A DNA stretch of 64,000 nt from Lingula anatina (Eukaryota > Animalia > Brachiopoda). The position numbers and the translations under genes are program-made. The stretch spans positions 15,088,534 to 15,152,533 of the forward strand of contig CM120644.1 in NCBI GenBank assembly GCA_051362555.1. The letters run 5' to 3'. Below the pieces are notes generated by a model. That model made no database searches, had not been told where the DNA came from, and saw only the letters and a list, made by a program, of their open reading frames with translations. Below, in pieces: positions 50,511-64,000 of this stretch. Within the stretch, counting starts at the first letter, position 1, and each line of letters starts with the position of its first letter.

Positions 50511-53500
50511 CAATCAAAATTGCTTACTATCTATTCCAATCCGTATTGTTATTGCGTCATTTTATAGAAAAATACATATATTTGAGTATTTGTGACATTA
50601 ACAAACACTCAATACTATTTTTATTAGGAACAAAATTGTACAAATCTGCTCTAATTAAGGGATGCATTCCAGTGAGATTGGACGGCCAACCATTTTATAA
50701 CGCCACAAAACAATTTCAGACGAAAATTGGTCTGAACTTTTACATTCAAAAGATGTAAATAAAGAATCATTCTGAAACATTAACCACGTCTCTCAAATCA
50801 AATCAGCCGCAGCATTTCCTTTCATTTGACTATTTAAACATTCTCTTTAGTCGAAATGAACATACAGTTGAATGTTTTAAAGTTTAGGCCAATTTTTGGG
50901 CTTAAATTTCTTTGTGGAACAGGTCTTTGAACTTATAAAGGGTTGGAATATCCTCAATGTCTTGAAATGATGCTTTTGATTATTTAGAGATCGATCGCAT
51001 TACGTCTTCATAGACAACTTGCCTCTTCAATCGTAACCCCAGACATCGGGTATGGCAATTACTGTCTTCACCCTGATGTTGAGATAAAGAATCCCGTCTT
51101 GAATCCACATTAACTTAGTCACCTCGTAATGATAAGATGGTAGAATTCTAGAGTTGGGGGAAAAAGGGTGAAGTGTTTCCAACACTTTAAGCTCTGATAA
51201 CTGCCATAAGGGTAATTGCATCTGCTGAAACAGGGTACGATGTATAAATAATAACAAATTTTGCATCTTAAAACTGCAGGAATCGATACTCCTTTTAGAT
51301 CAAATAAAGGCTATAGGACCTGTGTGCATCAATGTCTTAATGTACATGCATGCGTATTTGAAAGTTTTCTTTCCATGAGAGAGGGAGAGAGAGATGGTTT
51401 AACCCAATGTATGAGTCTACAACTTCCGGTTACGATCGATCTTCTTACCGCAAGATGACCCATAATACCTTGCGGGAGACAAAATGGCGGCAGCTGCATC
51501 TCCTCTGGCGCATTGATGAAAACCCTGTGTTAATGTTTACTGAGGCGATTAGAACCATACTTTAGTATTGTGGGAAAAAGGCCCAGCTAATAATTAGGTC
51601 TCAATTGCCTGAAACAATACAAGAGAAGCTGGAAATCAGGTTAAGACGCGCGCGGCGCAATTTGCCCTAGTTCTAAGTTGTTAGCTTGCTCTGAACTATA
51701 GAAGAGCGTATCGTTGTTCAAGAAAGAATTTGACTTTGAAAATATACGAATTATGATGAAATTTGGTTGAAAACCACAAAAAAGGCAGTGCGCCTCACGG
51801 GTAAATTGAAGTACGGATCGTCCTTGTAGCACGCAAATCGGAATTAACTGAGGCAAGGCACAGAGTGTTTGTTGCACAGCACGTTTGTGCTCCTTCAAAG
51901 TCCCTAGTTAATACAGTGAGAGCTTTTTTGTCTTCTTAAATTTGCGATCTTGACTGGATGTAATTTAGCAAAAAAATCGGACAGTGTCCTTTTGGCGGTC
52001 AATAACATATATATCTTCAACATAGGCTTGACACTTAATATAGGAGCATATGTTGCCATCATTTTGTATGATATCCACTATCATGGACCTTTGAATTATA
52101 TTGCTATCGCTTATCGTCGAACGGTCATTACGCTTTCGCACGGCCCTAGTAAACGTGAATGTTTCTAATAAGAAGGACAAATTCGCTTTTCGGTTCTCGT
52201 TTAAGGTTTCGTTACACAAGCTTGTATGTGCAATTATGGCGGTCAAATAGCATTCATTGATGCCGCTTCCTCGGGGCAATTACATCTCAAAAGTTTTTTG
52301 TCTCTTTTATAGGAAAATAAAACAAACAATGCACCACTTCCAATGGGAATGTGTTTTTCTGGCAATGTATTCGTTTCTAAAACTATTGGCGGCCAAACCG
52401 CCCAGATCTTTTACTATGTATCGTTTTCAGATATTTGCTTTGATCATTTTCTGTGTAGTAAGAACGTGGTTCCAGGCGTAATTCGTCATCGCAATCAGTT
52501 CCCAAGGAGTTGCTGGTAGAAAATTCATATGGATATTCAATTATTGGGTCTCTGTGATTGTTGGCAGACGCTTGTAGCCTTTGGCATATACAGCGTCGTC
52601 CTTGAAGGTCGGATTATTTCGGTCGCAGGTGGCACTATGGACGGCTTGTTTGCAGAGAATGACGCGTTCGCCTGATTTGCTTATTGGCCCTCGCAGTGGG
52701 CAGCCGCAGCCTTTGAAGCTCGGCCTGTGAATTTAAGACGCGTATAGTCCTTAGTGCGACATCGGCGTCCATTGCCGGCATCGGTAACTTGGTTGGGTAG
52801 CTGTTCAGTGATATCATGAGTTGAGTGGGGACCGTCAAGTTGTGTCATCCGTTTCAGTGATAAAAGCAACCAGGAGAGCAGACGACATTTAACACGTGAC
52901 AGAACATTGCAGACGGTATGTTGCGCGGGGCACTATCTTAAAGACGACTAGGAAGCTTGATTGTTGTTAAAGTAAGGTATGGATATCATGTATCTTTTAC
53001 ATAATGTGTCTTGTCATTCTGGGTTAATGAACTGTCTGTGTATGTATCGTCTGAGAGCAGATGACTCATTTTAAACATCTTCATTTGGGTGTTGGGTACA
53101 TATAGGCTCTGAAAACGTTATCACCGACGGTGAAACATCGCAGGTGGGGAACAGTCTCGCCAAGCATCTTTAACTCCGTCAGCCTGCCCTTTTCAGGGTC
53201 ATTAATCTGACGCAACTTTCACGGAATGTTGTGATGAATGCTGTGTTGATAGCAGTGGGTGATTGTGACGGGTTAAAGACGCACCACCCTTCGATCAGTT
53301 TCCAGCATCTGCTTCATTGGAGGGTCATGTCCATTCACTGAAAGCAATTACCAACTGGAACAGGTTCGTTGCCGCGTGCCACTCTCTCGTATCCCTGTAA
53401 ATATTGTTCTGGCTCTAACCCCGCCCCGAGGCCCCGAAGGACACGGCTTCGGGGCATGGGTCGTCCACTGCGTGTGGCTCACTGTGTATTTTGGGGGCTA

Positions 53501-56500
53501 ATTGGGTTTCGGTGTCCTGGGGAACGGGGGAAGGAAAATCACAGCCTGCGTACACTTCAGAATTTGGAGATTAGTACCGGTGTATGTAAAGTAAACTGGT
53601 GGAATGACCCTTCGTGTGCAGCAACCCTGGTTTTGTTGTAGTCCTCTACACCTACGTCCCACAAGAATAATTTCATTTTATTAGTCATGGAAGACAGTCA
53701 AAACTTAAGATGGTTTCCTTGTTACTGTTTTATAATTGATTTGAGGGAGTGGTGTGGATTTTGGCCGTGACGTTACAGTTAAAATACTTTTTTTTATTTC
53801 ATTCATTACCATTTTACTTTCATCAGTAACCTAATGATAAGTGCACTGACTTCATTTAGGAACACGTTAGTTAAAATGTTTTAATTAATTGACATGTATT
53901 GGCCCCTGAAATATTCTTGACCTTTAAATAAATTACGTTGATATTGTACACATATTAAAAGATGCGTTAGTCACACCCTATATATTCAACTTTCCTAAAC
54001 CTTACCAACAGCCAACCTCATAAAACACACAACAAGCATCAGTCACCCAGCAAATTAGAGTAAAACAGGAAAGAAATAATTCTCTTTTCTCAAGGAAGAT
54101 AGACATCCGCACCAGAGGTTACAGGTTATATTTGAACATGGTTGGAAGGGGAAATTGCATTTCCCTTCGGGTCCTGCCCCGGTGTTTTTCTTTTGTAACG
54201 ATATCAGGAGGCCGTGTAATGAGGCACAGACATGTGCTCGACCATTCGAAACCGGAGCATACGGAAACCCGTTAATTTGATTTTCACAGACGTAAAAACC
54301 GAGGGGAAAGAAAGGGGGGTCCACCTTTATTATAATTATTTCATATATTAGTGCGGGATGCGATGAAGGTTGTTCGGGGAGTCACCCCTTTACAAACACA
54401 CACACGCGCGCGCACGAGCACACGGGGTATTTTTGCTTTTTGCTTTTTGGAAACCATTTAATGTTCAAATACATCCATAACGTCCTAATGACATATGAAC
54501 ACTGCGGGTTTGCAGTAAATGCACACCTTTCCCGTGATATATATTTTCAGTGCTCCAATAGAATTGTCAGGACGATGAAAAAGACAAGTTTGTTTGCTTT
54601 GTGACTTTTTAGCTTCTGGACGTGGTAAACAGACCCGCACAATTAATTCCCTCAATTGATAAAGTGCATGTATTAAACCAAAACGCGTTTAGAAGGCTTA
54701 CATTTCCCAGATTTATCACAATGTGAGAACAAGCAATTATATTATGTCCTCTTTGTTGAAGATGATCATTTGACATTTATATTTGCTTTTGCAAAACCGC
54801 CTTGTCTAATCAAATTGTAAGTCAGAGGAGGTAGTTTACGTCGTAGACAATGCGGTAAATATATTGTTTCAAACATTCATTTACACAGAATAATTACAGC
54901 GGAAAGGTGGGTTCAATGGGAATTTGACAATTTGGAAAAGTGGCATTTATTTGTGCAAATTTGTGTATCTTATCCGAAATTAACCTTTGTGGTAACCTTT
55001 GTTGAAGGGAATATACACTGTTAAGACTATGGCACTAGGAATGGTGATTTGGTAATGGTAAACTTAAACACAGCACGCATCAATAGATACACGACTAACG
55101 TAACTCCGATCCTCAATTACATCATCAATGCGCAAATGCAAATCAAACAAAATGAAGCGTTTATTTCCCAAATCAAAGGAAAATGACTCGGTTTGCAAAG
55201 AAAAAACATGCTCTTATATCATTTTGATTGCTTTCATGTCATTGAGATGCATCAATTTCAACGGTAAACTGATTGTGCCGATCTAATAAACGGAAACTGA
55301 AATGCACGTTGGAAATCGGTACACGATTATCTGCCAGAAACCTGTGAATCATTTGAAAATGTTAACTGCATATTTTCCACCATATCAAGTTTTCTGGCCG
55401 TGGAAGTATTCACATTTTGAGTCAGGACTTATCATTGATGAGAAAAAATCCGGGGGTGTGGGGTGGGGGGAGGTAGACACATACAGATTAGGATATACTA
55501 GGCCAGCTGGATTCCTAATGCTTCTGTCTTTTATCGCTTTTGATACATTTACTCTGTGGTTAGCAAAAATATCGCTAAGAATCAACCGCGCTTTTGCTGT
55601 GTTCCTACTTATGATTTGTATTGTATGGAATATGTGCTTCATATACCGTAAGACAGCCATTAATGGTATTTGGCTTTGATATACAATCCGATATTTTTAT
55701 ATCCTAATTCCCTTGGGACTATTTACGGTTTCGTGTTTGTACAACACTGATGATTGTCCGTCTTTGAAATTTCTCGAAAAAAACATGGGAAACGGCATAT
55801 CACGGTCTTCAATACATCAGAGAAAGAATGGAAATATCAAACCATAACCGTGTTATAATCCATTAATTTCTACGTAACTCGTTGGATCGACCCAGGCAAT
55901 GTTTTGATTGAATCTTTTTGCGTCACATGAATTTATCATTTGCGTGTTTTAGTAATACATCAGAAAATAAGGATTACATTAAAATGACTTTATTTTACGA
56001 TTTACAAACTGCCGTTAATTAAACGACTGAGATTATTTTTGCCAATCACTGCTTTCAGATACATGTAAAGTGCTTAAATAGGCAATGGTTATACATTGTG
56101 GCAATGAAAGAATGTATCGGGTAGAGAACCAGTTGATTTTTTTTTTCTCAACGATACCATGCGTTTCTAGCGAATTGCATCAGATGAGCTCTTCTTGGTT
56201 CCTAAGCGTACTTACTGAAGAGGGGGCGGGGGGTGGGGTGTCTTGATAATGCGCCATCTGCAACTAGTAGGTTAAAATGACTTCTCATCGAGATGGTATA
56301 ATCCGTGTTAGTTATGATAACCGTTGGGTATTGTTATTCAGAAGGTGAGTAGTCTTCATTCAGTGAATTGGTCTTTCATAGATATGAACATGTATATATA
56401 TTCTGTTCCCTAATTTAATCGATATGATAAGCTATACAGTGGTTTGATATGATAATTTAGTATAATCAAGGCAATGAATAGGACTGAAATTGAAATTAAA

Positions 56501-57541
56501 AATATAGCAATTAAAATGTGGGCCATGAAATGAAGACGAATTTCGTTTTTATTAACCCAATGCCTATTGGGTGCCTGGATTCAAAACACTGGTAAAATAG
56601 AGTATGCATTATCTGTACATTTTTCAGTGCGTAATGTTTACAGTATGTTTCTAACGAAAATGATCATTTTGGAAAAGCCTGCATTAGGGCGTTGGCGGGT
56701 TATGAAGTAGCGTAAACAAGTCTTGTATTCTGAAAGAAGAAGAAAAAAAAACAATTAAAGAATAACAAACCAGAGCTTCTGCCAAGAAATTTAGAAACAG
56801 CTGGACGACATTTAGTTCAAGTCTGTTAAGTGCTTCTCCAGCGATATAAGTCTTCTTGTTATGAACATACTAACTCTATTCTCGGCTACTTTCAACATGT
56901 TTTAGGGTCTATTTTGGTGGTTAACTATCTTTTTACTCGATTGAGTGTGCGGCATTTGAGTCTGTTCACCTGTTGGTGTGGTAAAAAGGTTAACGGGATT
57001 TTCTAGGAGTGACTACAAAGTGAACGGCACAGGTTAATTGATTTCTTTAGGCACTCTGCTCGCACCCGAAACTGTATACATGCATCATCGTTGTCGGCCT
57101 GTGAACTCCGAAAAAGAACGGGATGGCGAAAAAGGGTACAAGCATACCCTTTTTTCATGACCGTTTGAAAAAATTATCCATTCTAGAAACGACGTATCGC
57201 ATTTATTTTACCAATTCATGTAAATTGTTAATTTTCTTGATTAATAGATTCTATGTATTTTTCAAAATTATTCTGAACTTACATATTTTTATTCAGTTTA
57301 TATTACTTGACACCATACATATATATCGATACTGATTTCAATGCAAAACATAATCGATACGGATGGTAACAAATTAAGATTAAAACGGCTGCTTTTACAC
57401 TATTTCGACTTTTTTATCAACTTGCCGCAAACAAATTTGTAGGATGACAACCATTGTGACAGGGTGAATTTTAGGGTGGGGCGGAATGAGTTGCTTTCTG
57501 TCCTCTCTGTTGCATTCTTCATCCCCAGCCCCACTCCTCTA

Positions 57542-57574
<33 letters not shown>

Positions 57575-58799
57575 TTAAGAAAATGCGTCTGAGAGCTTAC
57601 TCTAAGAAACTGTGGCAAAACAGGCGCGGACTCAAATGAACACACCTGTCAATCCCATGCCTAGTCCCTTGATTCCTTCATTTTTGTCTCATTTTGCCTT
57701 TTCTCACAATAAAAAGTCGGGGGTGAACAACCTTTAAAAAGGAAAGAAACTTTTAAAACATATGTGTCTAATTCACAAGAGAGGAAAGAGCGTTGTTGGT
57801 AAAGCCTTTTCAAAGTATGCCTCTGGAAAAAGCAATCTTCGAATTGAATGTGGTTAAGTTTTAGATAGAAGTTTTCGCCATGCGTGTTTGTCGTCTCTTA
57901 AGGGCTTTACCAGAACGTAAACAATGCCTAGGCGGTTGAAAAGTGAAAAATATTTTTCATCAGCGTGGAAAAAACGGTGTTACTGTACTTCAGTTAGATT
58001 TTTTTTGTTCTGATTTTCCTTTCTGTCGTGTTTGTTGTCCCTTTTTTCGCCATATGCTTGCAGCCATTATTATCTTGACAAAATGCAGGCCGTGTTTTTG
58101 TTAAAGCTTTGATATCGCTTCATTGTTGATGTAAATTGTTTGTCCTGTAAAGGGAATACTCATTTCGTCTTCACACCCAGTGCGACAACCCTTATCTATA
58201 CAGAAAATGAAGTCGCGAAATAAACACGATTCTCACACATAGCGCTATTGTTCCATTTATCTCAAACCATCGACTTCTTTCCGCTTTTTTTCTTCGATTG
58301 TACGTCAGTAATTCCATCAAAGAAAAATATTTACTTTTCATTGACAATGACCAGTAGGCCGAGCCTAGGTTGATTTTGAACCAGGCCGACTTTAATTGCG
58401 TCCCGTAGCTTCGGGGTTGATATCGCGTGAGGCAGCGTATTGATATGTTTTTGGAGGAGCTTGTGTTTCTTCTCACTAATTTCATTGCTCCCTTGTTTGC
58501 CTGTTGCTTAATAAACGGAAATTAGCCGGTGACGCAGAAAGCGGTTGGTCCCTGGGCTTGTATAGCGACGTCGTTTTTTTTTAAAAAGGCTTTTTGAGAC
58601 GGCACGAAGCCATTTTGATGCGAAAATACACGTGGATTATAAGATGTATTTTTTGTTTCGCCACACACACTGACGCACGTGCAAAAATGTGCACGCATGC
58701 ACATAGGTGCAAAAACCTTTATGCAGGTATGCATGTGTAATTCGCGCTTCTACTTTGGAGTGTCAAACAGTTTTAGGAAATATAATCAACCTTTTATCT

Positions 58800-58965
58800 C
58801 AGGCCAGTAGCCAGGGGGGTTCGGGGGGTTCGAAAGAACCGCCCCTTTTGCTGGGAAAGGTCCACTCTGGGTTAAATTTGAACTAGGTACATGGAGTTTT
58901 TATGGGAAAAGGTCCACTTTTTCAGAAAAAGAACCCCACTTTTGAAATTGCTGGCTACGGGCCTG
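58800..58965. mobile_element. hAT-like MITE with 5-bp TSD
   Basis: CAGGCCAGTAGCCAG ... CTGGCTACGGGCCTG ends, TATCT duplicated at 58795-58799 and 58966-58970. Confidence 0.85.
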
Positions 58966-60248
58966 TATCTCATTTTTGATGAAATATTCACAGGGAAACC
59001 ATTAAGTCACGTGTTGCTATGATACTAACCTTTCTGTAACTGTGCAAGAATATTGATGATTATAAGCCTTTGAGATGCTTAAATGCTCTTTCGGTATTTT
59101 GCAAATTGGAATTTTGGAATATTGCCCTTATCCAGTGATATGCGTACTATCGTTGGTTTTCATCAAAATAAAACCATTAGGTAATCGGCCGATTACTATA
59201 AGCCCGAGTCTCTGAAATGCCGTATATTTTTAGGTGACTTTATGGAGCTTGGGCTGGTATTAATCCAGGAATGCGAGCACTATCATAGATTTTTGTCCAA
59301 ATGAATGATTGAGTAATCGACCGCTTTTGTAACATTGTCGAAGGTTTTTCAGGATTTGATGCTCATCGTCTTAAAGTAAAGTGCGGGATTGCTATCATTG
59401 GGAAACTCACAAGACGTCTTTTTGTAGAAAAATCAACTCTTTGTCAATATCACTGATTATTTTCATAGCCAAAAGTGAAAAAAATAAAGTCTCCTGTAGT
59501 GGCTACTACACTAATATTGGCACACGGAGCATAGATCAGATATTTATTTTTGGTGCGGATGAACGTATGACATTCAGTTTGAAGTGATCGAATTCTAGAG
59601 TCTAAGAAAACCCAAGAAACATATACCGAATTTCTGCCACAGATTTTGATGGTGTTCTCCTACCGTACCGAAATACTTTTTTTCTTTAAAAGAGCAAAGT
59701 GTCGTTATTATTAATGCAAATTAACAAGAGTATAATCAAACGAAATACAACTGCACTCCATGATATCATACTGTATGTGAATCACGGTTCCTGAATATGA
59801 TAGCTCGCTTCAGAGTACGGGGCAACTTTCAATGCGTCATTTGGTAAAAAAAATTGGACCCAAATCAAATGATAAGTCGCATATAGTGCACGTGAACTGA
59901 ATATAAAACTTTTTAATGCATGTACACCTGCTTGTTTGGATAAAGTGCGTGTATGATATGTATACATTGAAACGTGTTTTAACAGGGGTACCTTCAAGAT
60001 TAAACTCTAATATTTTCCGAATATTATCAGCACTATACGTGCTGGTAAATCCACAACATCGTGATAGCAAAAATATTATAAAAATTAAAATTAACGCTAT
60101 TTAAACAGTTTCTGCTATTATATCAGGCTTTTCTCATGGTTTCTTCTGCAATTTTTTCCCTATCGAAGACGTTGGAACAGTGGTTGGCACAAAACTGTAC
60201 GACACTAAATTATATATTTACTGTTTCAGTGTCTCCCTATATCAGCTC

Positions 60249-60282
<34 letters not shown>

Positions 60283-61567
60283 GTACCTATACAGATATAT
60301 CATATCATTGGGCTAGATATTTATCGCACCACATTCGTGCAAGCATTTAAGCTCGCCGATAACACTTAATCACGACATACTCTACTTTCTGGGACATCCA
60401 AGTGAAACAGATTGCGCAACACTGCGTTGAATTGTATAGTGAACCTTTAAAATAAAACTCGTGCCAAGAATAGGGGTGTTATCAACGGCATACGTGGGGG
60501 CAAACATAACCACCGGGATTCTCTGCAAGATATTTACAGATCAGATACTTCAACCGTGGTGCTTTTGTACTCTACCTTGCAGCTACAGCTCTATAAAGAA
60601 GTCAGCGTGTCCGGTTTGACGGTCTGGCAGGTAGAGTGGATAGGTCACTTAATGATCATCAAACATACGATGATTATGTAAAATAACTTATCGATCATTC
60701 TAATCCAAATCAGAGCAAATTAGTGAATGCCAGTACACCAGTGGATGCCCGTAGAATACCAGCTCGTAAAGGATTTTATCTGGATGTTCTGTATTGTTTT
60801 GGGCGTCCGTCATTCATTCATTCACCTTTCACTGACTACACCTCAGCTCACCCTTGTATTTATCTCCTTTGTCATTATTTTCAAGTTTGTGTGTGTGTGT
60901 GTGTGTGTATGCACATTGGTTTGAGAGACATGCAGATGTAAAATTAAATCAATTGAAGCTTCCATCCTCTCCCATCTTTGTCAAATTTATTCTTTTCAAC
61001 GCACTAGTTCAACCCCCCCTCTCTCTCTCGCTCTCTCTCGGGCTCCTGTTATCACATGATCGCCCGTCGATACATCTTTCCTCCTGTGTTATGTCGATGC
61101 CAACCAGCGTGATTCACAGCGCCGCGTTCTACCACCACCAGTAAAGACAAATACCTCGGGTTGAGGCTAATTCGCTTCCAATGTTTGCAAAACATCATGC
61201 GGCAGATTGATTTTTCTCCTTCTTGATCGCGAGACGAGATGTCTCCATTACCCATGCCGAGGACGCAGGAGGAAAGGGTAAAAATGCGCCTCCCTCGTCT
61301 TCGATATAGCGGTTGTTACTGGTTGTTACGGACGATGGTCGTTTTGTGAAGATGATGTTTATCATTGTAGTGGTGTTCTTTCCAAGTCAAAATGTCAACG
61401 CTTTTTGCATGATCTAAATTATAGAAAGCTGTTGTGTTTCTCCATTTAAAAAAAGATGTGCCTATACTGGTAAATGTACCTTCTTCTTTCAAGACAGATT
61501 GTGTATTTAACTTAGTGTAAAGTAATAATTATAACACATCTTTCAAAGCCCTTATTATTGCAAACAT

Positions 61568-61606
<39 letters not shown>

Positions 61607-62815
61607 CTCAGCGAAATCAAAATATATTTTTCATCACTTCACCCTTCAACTTTTAAAGCCACTAAATTCCAAGATACCCATTAACTAGTCAGTGACGTAT
61701 TTACGGATAAAAAAGAGATCTTTCCCCTCCATAATCTAATGTTTGTATCACTGTTGGCCTGGCAATTGAGAATTCCGTTGAATGTAAATAAGTTGACTTA
61801 AGGGGTATACAATCGCCAGCGTGTGCAATGAGGAAATAACAGGCAATTTCCATTGGATGAACGAGCTTATCTTCTTTCATTTCGCTATTGTTCCATAATA
61901 CCAAGTGTCATAGTAAATGAAATAAATCCGAAAGCTGTTCGTATTGATTTTGTACTTGTCCAATAAAGTCCCTATTTGTCGCCACAACGTAAACTAAAAC
62001 ATCACGTTGAATTTGTATGATTTTTTTCTTTCTTTAATCCATCACTTTGTGCTTGCTGAATACAAAAACAACAAAGGGACTGCAATTTGTTTTAAGTTTT
62101 TGCACGAACATTCTTCTAAGAAAATGGGTTATTTAGTCACGATATTACAAGGAATTCGACTGCTATACTAGCCAAACACATGGTTGGTGCCTGCACCGCG
62201 GTCTTGCAAAAGGAGTTTGCAACATGCGGTGAAGTAATCCACTAATTATTTTTCCTCGTTAAGTATAATGTGATTTTACGTAACAGTCGTTGCATGATAC
62301 AGAGAAGAAACGTCAAATGTTTTCGAAAAAATAACCACTTGTTTCACAGAAAGGCACGTATAATGAACGTGATATGGTCTTCTGTCTGTGAATTAATGAT
62401 TATACACATCGGGTTCTCATCAGACCTTAGTTTGGCTTGAGCATTTTTTCAGTAAATTAATTTTGTTTATTGTTCTGTTTGGTTCTCTCTCTCTCTTCCC
62501 CTCTCTTTCTCTCTCTGTCTCTCTCTCGCTCTGTACGTGTGTTAACGCGCGAGTTTGTGTGTGTGTCAAATCCAGATATACCAAGGGGGCGGTGTTTGGA
62601 AGACATTGTTAGATAAAATCGTCATTCAAAAACTCTTACCACAACAACATAGGGAGGTATGGACGTGTGACCATGTTCCTTCAGTCAAACTTCCAACTTT
62701 TGCATGTGGTCCTTAAATGTCCACTGGTTCTTATGCGTACAGAACGGACTATGCGAAGACGAACTGTCGCTCAAGGATGCAATTTCCAACATTGGGCCCA
62801 GTTGGGTTAGCCGGC

Positions 62816-62846
<31 letters not shown>

Positions 62847-62949
62847 AAAACAGGATCTTGATGAATACCAATATCCAAGGAATTTGGCGTATTCACAGCC
62901 GATGGATATATGTTTTGTGAATCAATGACGTACTATTTGGAATTTGAGT

Positions 62950-62951
<2 letters not shown>

Positions 62952-63014
<63 letters not shown>
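62952..63014. repeat. (CT)n microsatellite
   Basis: Directly visible. Confidence 0.95.
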
Positions 63015-63019
<5 letters not shown>

Positions 63020-63167
63020 AGTGTGTTTAGATAATGTTTTGATGCGCCGTTTTGAATCTGTCGAAAATTTATAGTTAAACATAGCTGTCTGTAGAAAGTT
63101 CAATAAAAAAATCGACCATTTAACCAACGAGTAGAAGCACGTGCACCGACATAAACATTCCGCAAAC

Positions 63168-63353
63168 CACGTGACCAGGCATTAGTTTTCTTGGCAACAG
63201 CCTGACCAATCAGCGGCCTGCTTTCAGGCTGTCATGCCATAATTGAAAGTTATTATGTTCTGTCAAGTATATAAATCTGCCTAACCATGATTTACGGTGA
63301 TTAGGCTAGAAGACCTAGATTGCGATTCGTACCACAGGATTATCGTGATACAG
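63168..63353 (+). promoter_or_regulatory. Candidate promoter and short first exon
   Basis: CACGTG (63168), X-box-like GTTTTCTTGGCAAC (63185-63198), CCAATCAG (63206), TATATAAA (63268) and donor CAG|GTAAAG at 63354. Confidence 0.45.
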
Positions 63354-64000
63354 GTAAAGTAATAATGTTTTGTTACAAGAATTATAAGATAGCGTATTGA
63401 CATGGGGCGGCGAAGAATGGGAGCAATGGATTTGTCATAGGGATGTTATGTTTTTTAAATTCATTATTTTTGGTTAGGACTCAGTTTTTTGTAAATTGCC
63501 CGGAAAATAAGCTACTTTCTTTATGTAGAAATTGTGGGAAGACGGCAGTTTTTTTTCTTGGAAACGGACTGTTTACCACTGTCTAGGGTACTGTGTCCTT
63601 TTGCGTTATCAACGAAGTACAGCTGTAGTTTCATCCAACCTGTATACGAAGTATGGAACTTGACATCTATAGGACAAACGAGTTCTATATTTACACCGTA
63701 TAAATGAATGACTGAGTCCCGTTGCACTTAATAACTTCACTCATTTGTAATTTTACAAACGCGCCATTTGCATAGATACTTCTTTAAATATATGCCCGTT
63801 TTGAAAACTGAATTAATTCGGGCTGCAGTATATACACACGAGAGTTTAATATCGTCTTCTCGTCAAGTTTAGCGTGGTCAAACAGCGTTGAAGGGCCAGT
63901 TAACTGATGTAAGCTCGTGGCCAGCTTCTAGCTTAAGTTGAAATACCAGGAAAACCCAGGGTTTCAAAATCCTTTTGTAAAATCCAACCTGTTAGAATTA

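Noticed and set aside
51421-51495. ETS (ACTTCCGG) and YY1-like (AAAATGGCGGC) motifs as a promoter
   Set aside because: Short motifs that are common in repeats, with no associated exon evidence.
24506-63727. Numerous 60-130 aa ORFs with poly-Y/I/N/G, ER, SL or CV runs
   Set aside because: They are translations of microsatellites and homopolymer tracts, or chance ORFs in AT-rich DNA.

Overview
AT-rich, microsatellite-laden animal (probably marine invertebrate) nuclear DNA with spliceosomal introns. There are no prokaryotic features, rRNA, tRNA or CRISPR arrays. The window holds the large Ser/Thr-rich exon of one mucin-like gene (31-1538) and a complete three-exon type II membrane mucin gene (15491-23494, about 1021 aa). 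Between them lie an intron-containing, decayed Ulp1/C48-like protease remnant (~2440-3700), a TATA/Inr promoter (4368-4402) and the most unusual feature, a ~4.8 kb two-level tandem array (4741-9523). Its ten units are each a splice-competent exon plus short intron. Each exon carries 1-11 copies of a 52-bp subrepeat whose consensus is stop-free in all three forward frames and encodes a ubiquitin-tail-like VRLRGG motif. Further on are a ~1 kb tandem duplication with a conserved GC-rich core, a decayed 2'-5'-oligoadenylate-synthetase-like sequence (~26.7-27.9 kb), several MITEs (two nested in a repeat whose empty site is elsewhere in the window), and scattered candidate 5' exons and promoters in the last 27 kb. 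Protein-family calls on decayed sequence come from manual motif reading and need HMM confirmation.
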